Positions 17,978 to 28,301 of a stretch of DNA of 64,000 nt are shown piece after piece (position 1 is the stretch's first letter; each line of letters opens with the position of its first letter). Source of the stretch: Candidatus Parcubacteria bacterium (lineage in GTDB: Bacteria; Patescibacteriota; Patescibacteriia; UBA1558; GWA2-36-10); assembly GCA_018669975.1 (NCBI GenBank), contig JABHSK010000007.1:390-64389 (forward strand). Direction: 5' to 3'. A model generated the notes under the pieces. It had not been told where the DNA came from and ran no database searches. It saw only the letters and a list, made by a program, of their open reading frames with translations. Position numbers and translations under genes: made by a program.

Positions 17978-18661
17978 ATGACTATGAAAAAAGGAAAATT
18001 TATTGTAATTGACGGAACCGACGGTTCAGGTAAAGCAACTCAAGTTGGTATTTTAGAAGAGCGTCTAAAGAAAGAGGGTTACGATGTGGCTGTGATTGAT
18101 TTTCCTCGTTATGGGCATCCAGCAGCATATTTTGTAGAAAAGTATCTTAACGGTGAGTATGGTGGAGTGGAGGAAGTTGGCCCTAAAATGGGTTCAACCT
18201 TTTATGCTTTAGATCGTTTTGATGCCAAGCCTGAGACTAAAAAATTTCTTGAGCAAGGAAAAATAGTTTTAGCTAATCGTTATGTATCAGCTAGTATGGG
18301 CCACCAGGGTTCAAAAATTTCTGACCTTAACAAAAGAAAAGACTTCCTAGATTGGTTATACGAATTGGAGTACGATATTTTGCAAATACCAAAGCCAGAG
18401 GCAAATATCATTTTGCATGTTACAGCTGATATTAGCCAGAAATTAGTAGATAAAAAAGGTCATCGTGATTATGTGGGCGGTGAAAAGAGGGATTTGCATG
18501 AGGGCAACCTGGAGCATTTAAAAGCTGCGGAAGCTACTTATTTGCAAATTGCCAAAGATTATCCAGACTTTGATTTAATTGAATGTGTTAAAGATGGAGA
18601 AATTATGACTCGAGAAGATATACACGAGCTTATTTGGGCAAAAGTTAAAGAATTGCTATAA
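17978..18661 (+). CDS. tmk: Thymidylate kinase
   Basis: GKFIVIDGTDGSGKATQ P-loop and the dTMP kinase fold pattern. Confidence 0.8.
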   Translation: MTMKKGKFIVIDGTDGSGKATQVGILEERLKKEGYDVAVIDFPRYGHPAAYFVEKYLNGEYGGVEEVGPKMGSTFYALDRFDAKPETKKFLEQGKIVLANRYVSASMGHQGSKISDLNKRKDFLDWLYELEYDILQIPKPEANIILHVTADISQKLVDKKGHRDYVGGEKRDLHEGNLEHLKAAEATYLQIAKDYPDFDLIECVKDGEIMTREDIHELIWAKVKELL

Positions 18662-18669
18662 TAAAAACA

Positions 18670-20175
18670 ATGACAAAATACGAGACAATAATTGGTTTAG
18701 AGATTCACTTACAGCTTAAGACTAAGACTAAGATGTTTTGTAATTGTTCTAATGATGGAGAGAATCAAAAACCCAATAGTGTGGTTTGTCCGATTTGCTT
18801 AGGGCACCCTGGAACATTGCCAACTGTTAATAAAGAGGCGGTTAAACAGGGCATGGCTATGGCTCTAGCATTAAGTTGCAAAATAAATACTCAATCAAAA
18901 TTTGATAGAAAGAATTATTTTTATCCAGACCTGCCCAAGGGTTATCAAATATCACAATTTGATGAACCGTTGGCGCATGATGGACATCTGGTGATAGAGT
19001 TGGGAGATAAGAATTGGAAGATAGGTATTGAGCGTCTGCATTTAGAAGAGGATGCTGCTAAAAATATTCATAGCACTGGTCAGACCCTAGTTGATTTTAA
19101 TAGAGGTGGAACACCACTGGCTGAGATTGTTACTAAGCCTGATTTTCGTTATCCAGAACAAGCTAAGGTATTTTTACAGGAGTTAAGGTTAATGGCTCGA
19201 TATTTGGGGGTTAGTGATGCTGATATGGAAAAAGGGCATATGCGTTGTGATGCCAATATATCTCTTAGACCACAGGGTGAAGATAAGCTTTATGAAAAGA
19301 TTGAGGTTAAAAATCTTAATTCTTTCAAGGCTGTAGAAAAAGCTTTATTTTTTGAAGAAGCTAGGCAGACCAAGTTGTGGGATAAGAAAAAACAACCTGA
19401 GAAGACTGAAACTCGTGGTTGGGATGAAGCTAAGCAAGAAACTGTTTTGCAGAGGACCAAAGAGGGCTTTGCAGACTATAGGTATTTTCCAGAGCCAGAT
19501 TTACCGCCCTTGATAATTAGTGAAAAATTATTGATTGAAGTTAAAGCCTCTATTCCTGAATTGCCCGCGGCTAAGAAGAATCGTTTAAGTAAGGAGTATG
19601 GACTCATTGCTGATGATGCTAGGATTCTAGTAGCCCAAAGACATTGGGCTGATTATTACGAGGGTATAATGTCAGATCTTAGAGCTTGGCTATTTAAGAC
19701 AAAGGGTGTGGCAGAGGATACAGATAAGGCTGCTGAGTTGTGGGTTGAGCATCGAGGTAAGTTGGCCAAGTTAACTTTTAATTGGCTAACTAGTGAGTTA
19801 TTTGGTTTAACGGGTACTAATTTTAAATTTGAGGATCTGAAAATCAGTGCTGAAAATATGGCTGAATTACTCAAGATGATTTATAGACAAAAGATTAACT
19901 CTTCAGCTGCTCAGACAGTTCTCAAGGAAATGTACGAAACTGGCGGTGATCCTTCAGCTATTGCCGAGGACAAGGATTTAGCGCAAATAGATGATGATAG
20001 TACTATAGAAGACTTGGTAATCAAGGTAATTATGACCAATACAGCCCAGGTAGAGGAGTACAAGGCTGGCAAGGAGGCAGTGCTCAAATATTTAGTTGGT
20101 ATGGTCATGAAAGAGAGTAAGGGTAGTGCTAATCCGCAGAAAGTAGAACAGATTTTAAAGCAAAAATTGCAATAA
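18670..20175 (+). CDS. gatB: Asp-tRNA(Asn)/Glu-tRNA(Gln) amidotransferase subunit B
   Basis: YETIIGLEIHLQL...FCNC...CPICLGHPGTLP. Confidence 0.85.
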   Translation: MTKYETIIGLEIHLQLKTKTKMFCNCSNDGENQKPNSVVCPICLGHPGTLPTVNKEAVKQGMAMALALSCKINTQSKFDRKNYFYPDLPKGYQISQFDEPLAHDGHLVIELGDKNWKIGIERLHLEEDAAKNIHSTGQTLVDFNRGGTPLAEIVTKPDFRYPEQAKVFLQELRLMARYLGVSDADMEKGHMRCDANISLRPQGEDKLYEKIEVKNLNSFKAVEKALFFEEARQTKLWDKKKQPEKTETRGWDEAKQETVLQRTKEGFADYRYFPEPDLPPLIISEKLLIEVKASIPELPAAKKNRLSKEYGLIADDARILVAQRHWADYYEGIMSDLRAWLFKTKGVAEDTDKAAELWVEHRGKLAKLTFNWLTSELFGLTGTNFKFEDLKISAENMAELLKMIYRQKINSSAAQTVLKEMYETGGDPSAIAEDKDLAQIDDDSTIEDLVIKVIMTNTAQVEEYKAGKEAVLKYLVGMVMKESKGSANPQKVEQILKQKLQ

Positions 20176-20233
20176 ATAGACTATTTAAAGGTAAAAATAA
20201 AGAAAACCCCCATTTTATGGGGGTTTTAAGGTA

Positions 20234-20262
20234 TTGACAAAAATTAAAAAGTATGTTATGAT
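20234..20262 (+). promoter_or_regulatory. Sigma70 promoter (TTGACA-17-TATGAT) driving the GC-rich genes downstream
   Basis: Exact -35/-10 hexamers with a 17-nt spacer, followed by a ~100-nt leader before the ATG at 20372. Confidence 0.55.
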
Positions 20263-20371
20263 GTTCTATCAACTGCGGACTCCGTTATCTAATTAGAGAG
20301 ACGGACAAGCCGGGTTGATGTAAGAACCTTTCAAAACTTTTTCATCACACACTCTTCTCAGGAGGAAGAAC

Positions 20372-20656
20372 ATGCACAACGTGATCAATCACTGCGAATT
20401 GTACCGGGAAGTCCAGGGCAGCATGGATACCGCTGATTTCCAGGAGGCCGTCATGACCCGTGCCGGCGAGATCGTCGAAGCGGCCAAGAACGGCCAGACC
20501 AGTGATCCGCACAACCTGCGCGGCGTCGAGATCGTTGCCTGGTCCGTGGCACAGCATGTGCTCAACGAAGGTGCCCGTCAGATCGCCAGCGACCTCGGTG
20601 TCGAGATCGATCGGCTCAAGCGCCAGGCGTCCAGCCAGCACATCTCGTCCTGCTAG
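20372..20656 (+). CDS. Hypothetical protein (~60% GC)
   Basis: A GC-rich ORF with the RBS aggagg. No motif recognised. Confidence 0.35.
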   Translation: MHNVINHCELYREVQGSMDTADFQEAVMTRAGEIVEAAKNGQTSDPHNLRGVEIVAWSVAQHVLNEGARQIASDLGVEIDRLKRQASSQHISSC

Positions 20657-20753
20657 TCCGGATTCGTCCGGGTATCACATCCTGAGTTAGACATCAAGTC
20701 CGTGGGGACGGCGATCTCTCGCCGTCCTCTTTTTTTTCAAGGAGGCGCAGACA

Positions 20754-21398
20754 TTGTTTTTTGAAAACAGGACTGATGCTGGTAAGCACCTTGCTCGAAC
20801 TGTACTTGACTCCGGACGTGATTTTTCCGGATTCGAAGTGGTCGGTTTGGCTCGAGGTGGCGTGCCAGTGGCTGAGCCTATTGCTCAGGCTCTGAGCTTG
20901 CCGCTCAAGGCCATGTGTATCGATGATCTTCTGGTCGACGGTTCCAAGTTGGTTTGCACGACCTCTGGTCATGGCTTGCTTTACAAGTTGAGTCGTCCGG
21001 TCGAAGGTACGCAAAAAGTCGATATGGCTCCGCGTTGGATCGAGGACAGTAGTCAGCTGGAATTGACGGGCTTGTCCGAGTTCCTGAGCGAGTTGCAACG
21101 TCGTGAACTGATGTACAACAATGGCCAGGCTTTCCAGCCTGGCATTAAGGTGCTCTTGGTCGACGACGGACTCGTTAGTGGTACAACCATCAAGGTGGCA
21201 GTTCAGGCTCTGCGTCAGCAGGGCGTCGAAGAGATCGTAGTAGCGATACCTGTGGTCCTGCCCTGGACTCAGAACGCTAAGCTCGATTTCGAGTTGATCA
21301 CCTGGAGAGTGTCCACGATGAAGAATGCCGCAACTGGCATGTTTTACTTTGAGTTCGGGGATACACCCGATCAGCAGGTTATGGCCGCCACGGCCTAA
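20754..21398 (+). CDS. Phosphoribosyltransferase-family protein (type I PRTase fold); TTG start
   Basis: VLLVDDGLVSGTT PRPP-binding motif and an N-terminal ...LARGGVPVAEPIA region. GC-rich. Confidence 0.6.
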   Translation: MFFENRTDAGKHLARTVLDSGRDFSGFEVVGLARGGVPVAEPIAQALSLPLKAMCIDDLLVDGSKLVCTTSGHGLLYKLSRPVEGTQKVDMAPRWIEDSSQLELTGLSEFLSELQRRELMYNNGQAFQPGIKVLLVDDGLVSGTTIKVAVQALRQQGVEEIVVAIPVVLPWTQNAKLDFELITWRVSTMKNAATGMFYFEFGDTPDQQVMAATA

Positions 21399-21441
21399 AC
21401 CTCACAAAGTAAAGAGCACCCACTCCGGTGGGTGCTCATTT

Positions 21442-23466
21442 TTATTTGTTCAAAAATTGTTTTAGTAACTTGTTGGCCGTAGCTGGTCCTTTATTCCAAT
21501 GAATTTTGACCCCTTGTTTTTCCATGCGTCGGAACCAGGTTAGTTGCCGTTTAGCATAGTGCCTAGTATTTTGCTTGATTTTATCAATGGCTTTTTCTAG
21601 GTTTATTTTTTTATCTAAATACTCTATGATTTCCCGATAACCAATACCTGATAGGGCAGGTAGTTTTTTGTTGGGGTATTTTTTGTAGATTTTTTTAACT
21701 TCATCAATTGATCCGTCATCTACCATGCGTTCGACTCTGGTGTTTATTTTTTTGTATAATTTTTCTCGATTTGGATCAATGCCAAAGACGATAAAGTCGT
21801 ATGGACATTCTCTGAGCTGAGGATTCGTCGGGTGTAGGTCATAGTTTTGTATAATTGAACAAATATATAGACCAGTGCCACCAGCGATGATTGGTAGCTT
21901 GCCCTTTATTACAATTTTTTCAATAGTTTTAAAAGCGGTTTGTTGCCAGTTATAGAGATTAAATTCTTGATTAGGTCTAACGATATCAAGTAGATGATGG
22001 GGGATGCCCTGCATTTCTTGTTTAGTAATTTTGTTGCTGGCAATATCCATACCCTTATATATTTGGCGGGAGTCTGAAGAAAGTATTTCGCCGTTAAATT
22101 TTTTAGCTAACTCTACGGCTAAGTCAGACTTACCCGCTGCGGTTGGTCCTAGTACTACGGCTATCTTCGGTTTTTTGTACAATTCAGCTTTATATCCCCA
22201 GTGCATGGTTTTTATTAATTTTACTTTATAAAACTCACCAACTTTCAGAGGCTGTTTAGTTTTTGTATGAGCAGCTATATAATTTGATAGTTTGCCGATG
22301 TTGAGGTAACCGCCCTCTGTTTTTTTGACAACATCTATTAACACTTCTCTGGTTTGTCCTAATAATTTTTTATTGAAGGCTGCAGATTGTTTTGATAGCA
22401 ACGAATCTAGTTTTTGCCAGCGTAGTTTTTTTTCAGCTTTAGTGACGTCATCTTTATATAGTTTGGTTGCAGCTGTGCCAGTTCGAGCAGAGTATTGTGA
22501 AATATAAGCCATGTTATATTTTATGTCAGTAAATAATTTAGCCGTAGCTTGAAAGTCTTTTTTGGTTTCAGAACAGAAGCCAACTATAATATCAGTAGAT
22601 ATAGTAATATCTGGCATGGCTTGGCGTATTTTTTTTATTAGCTTTTTGTAATGAGCTACAGTATAATGGCGGTTCATTTTTTTAAGAATCTTGTTTGATC
22701 CAGCTTGAACAGGCAAGTGTAGATAATCATTTAGATTTTTACATTCGCTCATAACTTTTATTAGCTTGTCGGACATATCGTAGGGGTGGCTGGTTAAAAA
22801 TTTTAGCCAAAAGTTGTCACCTAAAGTATCAATTTTTTTTAATAGATCAGGAAAATTAATTTCACCTTTGATATCTCTTCCATAGCTATTTACATTTTGT
22901 CCCAACAAAACAATTTCTTTATAACCCTGTTGGAGTAAACCTTCTACTTCTTTGATTATATGTTTAGCAGGTCGTGAAGTTTCTCGTCCACGAGTATAAG
23001 GGACAACACAGTAGGAGCAAAATTTATTACAGCCAGTCATAATTGGTACATAGGCTCTATAGTTTGACTGGTAATCAGGTTGAATATCAAAAAAATCTGG
23101 TAGAGCTAGTTTTTGTTGCGGTTTTATGTTCTGTAGATCGTCTGCTAGATTGTGCAGTTGCTTGATGTCTATAAATAAATCAAATTTATCTTGCAATTTT
23201 TTCTTATCTCTATCTAAAACACAACCTGATAGCAAGGTTATTAGAGGTCGCTTTTCTTTGACTAGTTGCCAGTTGCGTAATTTGCCGTACATGCGGTCAG
23301 CAGCAGCTTGTCGCACAGAGCAGGCTATGACACCGATTAGGTCAGCTTGGGATTCGTCATCGGTTTCTTGGTAGCCGAGCTGTTTGAGAACAGCGGCTAG
23401 TCTTTCAGCATCAGAATAGTTCATCTGGCAGCCAAATATAATCAAATGGAATTTCTTGGTTTTCAT
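21442..23466 (-). CDS. Fused tRNA methylthiotransferase MiaB (N-terminal) and tRNA dimethylallyltransferase MiaA (C-terminal)
   Basis: The N-terminal MTTase domain is followed by the radical SAM motif CNKFCSYC and a TRAM domain. The sequence then continues in frame into KIAVVLGPTAAGKSDLAVELAKKFNGEILSSDSRQIYKGMDIASNK...RQLTWFRR, the MiaA signature. Confidence 0.75.
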   Translation of the reverse strand: MKTKKFHLIIFGCQMNYSDAERLAAVLKQLGYQETDDESQADLIGVIACSVRQAAADRMYGKLRNWQLVKEKRPLITLLSGCVLDRDKKKLQDKFDLFIDIKQLHNLADDLQNIKPQQKLALPDFFDIQPDYQSNYRAYVPIMTGCNKFCSYCVVPYTRGRETSRPAKHIIKEVEGLLQQGYKEIVLLGQNVNSYGRDIKGEINFPDLLKKIDTLGDNFWLKFLTSHPYDMSDKLIKVMSECKNLNDYLHLPVQAGSNKILKKMNRHYTVAHYKKLIKKIRQAMPDITISTDIIVGFCSETKKDFQATAKLFTDIKYNMAYISQYSARTGTAATKLYKDDVTKAEKKLRWQKLDSLLSKQSAAFNKKLLGQTREVLIDVVKKTEGGYLNIGKLSNYIAAHTKTKQPLKVGEFYKVKLIKTMHWGYKAELYKKPKIAVVLGPTAAGKSDLAVELAKKFNGEILSSDSRQIYKGMDIASNKITKQEMQGIPHHLLDIVRPNQEFNLYNWQQTAFKTIEKIVIKGKLPIIAGGTGLYICSIIQNYDLHPTNPQLRECPYDFIVFGIDPNREKLYKKINTRVERMVDDGSIDEVKKIYKKYPNKKLPALSGIGYREIIEYLDKKINLEKAIDKIKQNTRHYAKRQLTWFRRMEKQGVKIHWNKGPATANKLLKQFLNK

Positions 23467-23543
23467 AGATAATATTGTAGCTATTTTTTAGCAGATAGTA
23501 AAGCGCGCGCCCGTAGTACGGGCGCGCGCATGTATATTTTTTA

Positions 23544-24773
23544 TTAACGATTAAAATCGCGCTGTTGTTGTGGTGTTAAGCTTGGGCTAGGTGCAGGAGG
23601 AGTAACATCTGTTCTCCTGTCTCTAATTTCTTTTAGCATAACAGGGTCGGTTCTAAATGAGTTTTCTAAACTACGTAATTTTTGTACATCGGTAGTAGCT
23701 TGTATTTTTGCTCTGACACCCTGACTTTGCTCTTCTAGTAAAGTCTTTACCTTGCCTTTAAGATTGTCAGGCACCTCTATTGTTTGTAAAAATCTCATGT
23801 ATTCTGGATGAGTCCTAGTGTCAAATTCGTTTAAAAATTTTCTTTTTCCTTCATCACTTAAGTTTTCGAATCTTTGTCGTAATCTTTCACTGTAGCTCTG
23901 CGCAACATTGGAAATAGTATTTTTTACATTGCTGGGTAATTTTTCAGTTTCTTGTAATGTGTTAACAAATTTTTGTTTAACAACTGGGGCTAAATTAATT
24001 TTTTCAATGTATTGTTCTACTTTGGCGGCATCTTCTGGTTTAGCATTTTTTAGTTTTTCAGCTAACCGTGCTCGAGCAGCATCTTTAACAGACTCTAGGT
24101 TGGCTTTAACATCTTCTGGTACCACGTCTTCTAGTTCAGCTACGGTAGCTAAATTTTTAAATTGTTGTAATTTGCTGCCAGTATTTTTTTGTTCAATAAC
24201 TTTTTCCAATCTAGCAGCTATTTGTTCTTTGTTGCTATTGTACCAACGTAGGGCGTTTTCCTTTCTAATGTTTTCTAATTTTTCTGCTACGTCAGTTGGA
24301 ACCTTATCAGACACTTCACGGAGTAATTGTAAATGGTCAAATTCGGTCTGGTCTACTTTTTCCATGATTGTGTTGCGCACCTCGGCGTTATTCTGTATAC
24401 GGTTAGATAGTTTTTCTTTTATTTTTTTATAACGCTCTAGAGTTTTATTTAAGTGTTCAGTGGCATTGGGATTTTTGTTGATGATTTGTTTGGCCTCTAA
24501 TAATAATTGGCTAGAGTATTTTTGTTCTTTGGTGGCTTTTTTGACATCGTCAAAAGTGAAAAACAAATCAACATTTCTTTTTACATTTTGCCACCAATAA
24601 CCACCGTCACCTTCAGTGGTGCTAGGCTCTTCTACGTTTAATTTCATAGCAGTTATTTCATCAACTGCTAGTTCCTGACTAACTACACTTTCATCCTGAG
24701 CTTGAGCTAGAGGAGTTGCTATAAAAAACAAGCCCAATATAGCAGTTAGACTAATTAGTTTAAAAGTTATCAT
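23544..24773 (-). CDS. Secreted hypothetical protein (signal peptide, coiled-coil-rich)
   Basis: N-terminal signal MITFKLISLTAILGLFFIATPLAQA with a K/E-rich helical body. Confidence 0.5.
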   Translation of the reverse strand: MITFKLISLTAILGLFFIATPLAQAQDESVVSQELAVDEITAMKLNVEEPSTTEGDGGYWWQNVKRNVDLFFTFDDVKKATKEQKYSSQLLLEAKQIINKNPNATEHLNKTLERYKKIKEKLSNRIQNNAEVRNTIMEKVDQTEFDHLQLLREVSDKVPTDVAEKLENIRKENALRWYNSNKEQIAARLEKVIEQKNTGSKLQQFKNLATVAELEDVVPEDVKANLESVKDAARARLAEKLKNAKPEDAAKVEQYIEKINLAPVVKQKFVNTLQETEKLPSNVKNTISNVAQSYSERLRQRFENLSDEGKRKFLNEFDTRTHPEYMRFLQTIEVPDNLKGKVKTLLEEQSQGVRAKIQATTDVQKLRSLENSFRTDPVMLKEIRDRRTDVTPPAPSPSLTPQQQRDFNR

Positions 24774-24834
24774 ATGTTTACTTTAATTATTATTTAGTAG
24801 TTTACTAAAATAAATTATAGCATTTTTTGAGTTT

Positions 24835-26253
24835 TTATAAAACTTCGTTGTCGTGAGAGTTAGACTCTCTAATGCCTGAATTAGTGATACGAATAAATTC
24901 AGCATTTTTACGTAGCTCTTCTAGGTTACGAGCATTACCATAGCTCATACCAGAGCGTAGACCACCAATATATTGATTGATAATATTTTGTACTGGGCCA
25001 CGATAGGGGACGCGAGCCTCTACGCCCTCGGGGGTTATCTCAGCTAACTTTTCTTTAGCATCAGGTCTAGATAGTGCAGCGGTGAGTGAGGCCATGCCAC
25101 GAGAAATTTTGTGTTGTCTACCTCGATAAGTAATTACTGGGCCAGGTGTTTCTTTGGTTCCAGAAAATTGACCGCCCATCATAACAGTGTCTGCACCAGC
25201 AGCCAATGCTTTGACTAGATCTCCTGGTTGTTTGACACCACCGTCAGCATTCACTGGTATTTGATGTTTTTGGCAGACACGTGAAACATTGAATATGGCA
25301 GTTAGTTGAGGAATGCCAAAGCCGGTAGTTGTCCTGGTAGTGCAAATAGAACCAGGGCCAATGCCAACCTTAACAGCATCTACACCAGCTTTGATAAGGT
25401 CGCTAGCTGCTTTGGCGGTAGCTATATTGCCACCAATCAATTCAACACTTGGGTAGCGAGTCTTTATTTTAGCGATAGCATCCAATTCGTTATCTGAGTG
25501 TCCATGGGCAATGTCCAGTACCAGTACATCAGCTTCGGCTCTAATCAAAGATTCTGCCCTAGTCATAAAATCATCACGTACACCAATGGCCGCACCAACC
25601 AAAAGTCGGCCTTTGCTATCTTTGCTAGCATTAACATTATTATAGTTTTTGACAATATCAGTAGCAGTAATTAATCCTTTGATTTTGAATTCGTCGTCAA
25701 CTAAAGGTAATTTTTCCACTTTATTATTATTCATTAGTTCACGAGCTTTTTCAGGGCCGATATTGTATGGTGCAGTGATTAATTGACTCTTTGGGGTCAT
25801 TAATTCCCGAACCAATGTTTTGTCATCTTTGGCAAAGATAGTGTCGCGATGTGTCAAAATACCTAAAAGAACCTGGCTATTATCAGTCACTAAAAAACTT
25901 TTGCAGTTGAATTCTTTTATTTTTTCTTTGACTTCAGTTAAAGTATTTTGCGGGCTGACGATAAAAGGATTGTCAATTACAATATTTTGTTTTCGTTTTA
26001 CTTTAGCTACCTCCTTAGCTTGGTCGTCAATACTACAAAAGCGATGAATAATACCAATGCCGCCAGCTAGTGACATAGCGATGGCCATTTGACTTTCCGT
26101 GACAGTGTCCATATTTGCACTGACCAGAGGTATTTTAAGATTAATGTTACGAGATAATTTGCAGGCGGTATCCACTTCACGTCGTGATTGGATACTAGAT
26201 TTTTTGGGCACTAACAAAACATCATCGTAGGTTAGAGCTGTTTTGATGGTCAT
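24835..26253 (-). CDS. guaB: IMP dehydrogenase
   Basis: [10 protein letters not shown]...ANMDTVTE...GGIGIIH, with a CBS pair and the catalytic [11 protein letters not shown]. Confidence 0.9.
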   Translation of the reverse strand: MTIKTALTYDDVLLVPKKSSIQSRREVDTACKLSRNINLKIPLVSANMDTVTESQMAIAMSLAGGIGIIHRFCSIDDQAKEVAKVKRKQNIVIDNPFIVSPQNTLTEVKEKIKEFNCKSFLVTDNSQVLLGILTHRDTIFAKDDKTLVRELMTPKSQLITAPYNIGPEKARELMNNNKVEKLPLVDDEFKIKGLITATDIVKNYNNVNASKDSKGRLLVGAAIGVRDDFMTRAESLIRAEADVLVLDIAHGHSDNELDAIAKIKTRYPSVELIGGNIATAKAASDLIKAGVDAVKVGIGPGSICTTRTTTGFGIPQLTAIFNVSRVCQKHQIPVNADGGVKQPGDLVKALAAGADTVMMGGQFSGTKETPGPVITYRGRQHKISRGMASLTAALSRPDAKEKLAEITPEGVEARVPYRGPVQNIINQYIGGLRSGMSYGNARNLEELRKNAEFIRITNSGIRESNSHDNEVL

Positions 26254-26270
26254 AGTTTTTTCAATATTAA

Positions 26271-28037
26271 TTACAAGAGTTCTAATTCACGATTTTGGAT
26301 GTTTGTTTTTATTTTTGAGATAAATTCTTTTTTATCTATATTTAATAAGTCTTGTTTACCACGCACTCTGACAGCCAATTGATCAGATCCCATTTCTTTA
26401 TCACCAATGACTAGTGTGTAAGGCATTTTTTCTTTAGCTGATTTACGTATTTTATTGCCGACTGTTTCAGCTGAGTCATCTACTTCAACACGAATGCTTT
26501 GTGTTTGAAATTCTTCAGCTAATTTTTTGGAAAATTTTATATGACCTTCGCCAACAGTGATTATCTTGACCTGGGTAGGGGATAACCATAGGGGCATATT
26601 GCCAGAGTAATGTTCGATAAGAAACGCTATAACCCTTTCTAGGGCGCCGACGGATGATCTGTGAATAACAATAGCCTTTTTTTCTTTGTTATTTTTGTCA
26701 GTATAGATTAGGTTGAATCTTTCTGGCATGACAAAGTCATATTGGACGGTAAAAGCTGTATCTTCTTTGCCCATGACATTTTTCATTTGAATATCTATTT
26801 TAGGACCATAGAAAGATGCTTCATCTGGTGCTTCCACAAAGTCGCGTTTCATATTTTTGAGAACTTGTCGTAAAACATCTTCGGCCTGATCCCACGCCTT
26901 GTCATCTTTATAATATTTTTTATCATCTTGACGATTACCCAAAGACAGGCGGTAGCTGAAATCCTGACCAAATTTTAGACCAAAAGTATCAGAGATATAC
27001 TCGATTAGGTCCAAAGCGCCGGCAACCTCTTGTTTTGCTTGTTCAACATCTGCACAAATAATATGCGCGTCAGCCAAACAAAAGCTACGAACCCTCATTA
27101 ATCCAGACAATTCTCCAGATTGTTCATAGCGGTATAATTTTGCTAGTTCGGCAATACGCATCGGTAGATCTCGGTAGCTTTTTGGTTTGCTTGAATATAG
27201 TTCAAAGTGGTGTGGGCATGACATTGGTCGGAGCATGAATTCCTCGTCATCAATTTTTATAGGAGCGTACATAGAATCTTTGTAGTATGGATAGTGCCCT
27301 GATTTTTTGTATAAATCAATCTTGGCAATATCAGGAGTGTAGACATGTTGATAGCCACGTTTTATTTCTTCGTCGACTATAAAATTTTCTAGTTCTCTAC
27401 GGATAGTCGCACCCTTGGCAGTCCATAGAGGAAGGCCTTTGCCGACTACATCAGAAAAAGTAAACAGGTCTAGCTCTTTTCCTATTTTGCGATGGTCTCT
27501 TAGTTTGGCCTGCTCCAACATCTCTAGATGTGCTTCTAATTCTTCTTTATTTTCAAAGGCTACACCATAGATACGAGTAAGCATGGGATTTTTTTCGTCA
27601 CCACGCCAATAGGCCCCAGCTACATGAGTTAGCTTGAAGGCATGGGGATTTATTTCAGATGTGTCTTTGACATGTGGTCCAGCACAGAGGTCAGAGAAAT
27701 CACCAGACTCATAAAAACTAATTTCTTCAGCTGCTGGTAAATCGTTTATAAGTTCAACTTTGAAATCTTCATCCTTAACTTTGTCTAGGGCTTGTTTTTT
27801 GTCCATGACAGTTTTGGTAAAGGCAGTTTTTTGTTGGATGATTTTCTTCATTTGCTTTTCCAACCTTGGTAAGTCTGTATCAGATAGTTTGTCTGGTAAA
27901 AGAAAATCATAATAAAAGCCATTATCAATAGTTGGTCCAATACCTAGTTTGGTATCAGGAAATTTTTTGAGTACAGCCATAGCCATAATATGTGACAGTG
28001 AATGGCGTATAGCATCAATTTTTTCTTGTTTTGGCAT
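26271..28037 (-). CDS. thrS: Threonyl-tRNA synthetase (short N-terminus)
   Basis: Class II motifs, the anticodon-binding domain and RHSLSHIMAMAV in the second additional domain. Confidence 0.9.
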   Translation of the reverse strand: MPKQEKIDAIRHSLSHIMAMAVLKKFPDTKLGIGPTIDNGFYYDFLLPDKLSDTDLPRLEKQMKKIIQQKTAFTKTVMDKKQALDKVKDEDFKVELINDLPAAEEISFYESGDFSDLCAGPHVKDTSEINPHAFKLTHVAGAYWRGDEKNPMLTRIYGVAFENKEELEAHLEMLEQAKLRDHRKIGKELDLFTFSDVVGKGLPLWTAKGATIRRELENFIVDEEIKRGYQHVYTPDIAKIDLYKKSGHYPYYKDSMYAPIKIDDEEFMLRPMSCPHHFELYSSKPKSYRDLPMRIAELAKLYRYEQSGELSGLMRVRSFCLADAHIICADVEQAKQEVAGALDLIEYISDTFGLKFGQDFSYRLSLGNRQDDKKYYKDDKAWDQAEDVLRQVLKNMKRDFVEAPDEASFYGPKIDIQMKNVMGKEDTAFTVQYDFVMPERFNLIYTDKNNKEKKAIVIHRSSVGALERVIAFLIEHYSGNMPLWLSPTQVKIITVGEGHIKFSKKLAEEFQTQSIRVEVDDSAETVGNKIRKSAKEKMPYTLVIGDKEMGSDQLAVRVRGKQDLLNIDKKEFISKIKTNIQNRELELL

Positions 28038-28232
28038 ATTGTTGTTTAAATTGGGATAAAAAAACCCCAGACTACTTAAGTCTCGGGACCCAGTTTACAC
28101 CAGGCGGTTCCACCCAAGTTGTCCAAATATTACAAAAACTTGGACCACTTTTTTATTCAATTGACTTTAAATTTAGCTCTTTAGAGTCCCAATGGGGAGG
28201 ATAGTTGGTGGCCATCCCAATCATTTAAAGCA
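28038..28232 (-). promoter_or_regulatory. T-box riboswitch leader of thrS (promoter TTGACA-16-TATAAT, stem I with ACC specifier, T-box sequence, terminator)
   Basis: The minus-strand sequence cuugGGUGGAACCGCcugg matches the T-box consensus AGGGUGGNACCGCG. It is followed by a hairpin plus UUUUUUU 20 nt before the ATG. ccACCAac sits in the upstream stem. Confidence 0.55.
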
Positions 28233-28301
28233 TTTATTATTATAGCTTTTTTACAGAAAATGTCAAAGTTTTAAAAACTCCCGGCTAGCCGGGAGTTTTG
28301 T

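Noticed and set aside
20345-21098. Antisense or alternate-frame ORFs in the GC-rich PRTase islet (20345..20641 -, 20460..20690 +, 20694..21098 -)
   Set aside because: They overlap the motif-bearing plus-strand genes, lack RBSs and are expected shadow ORFs at ~60% GC.
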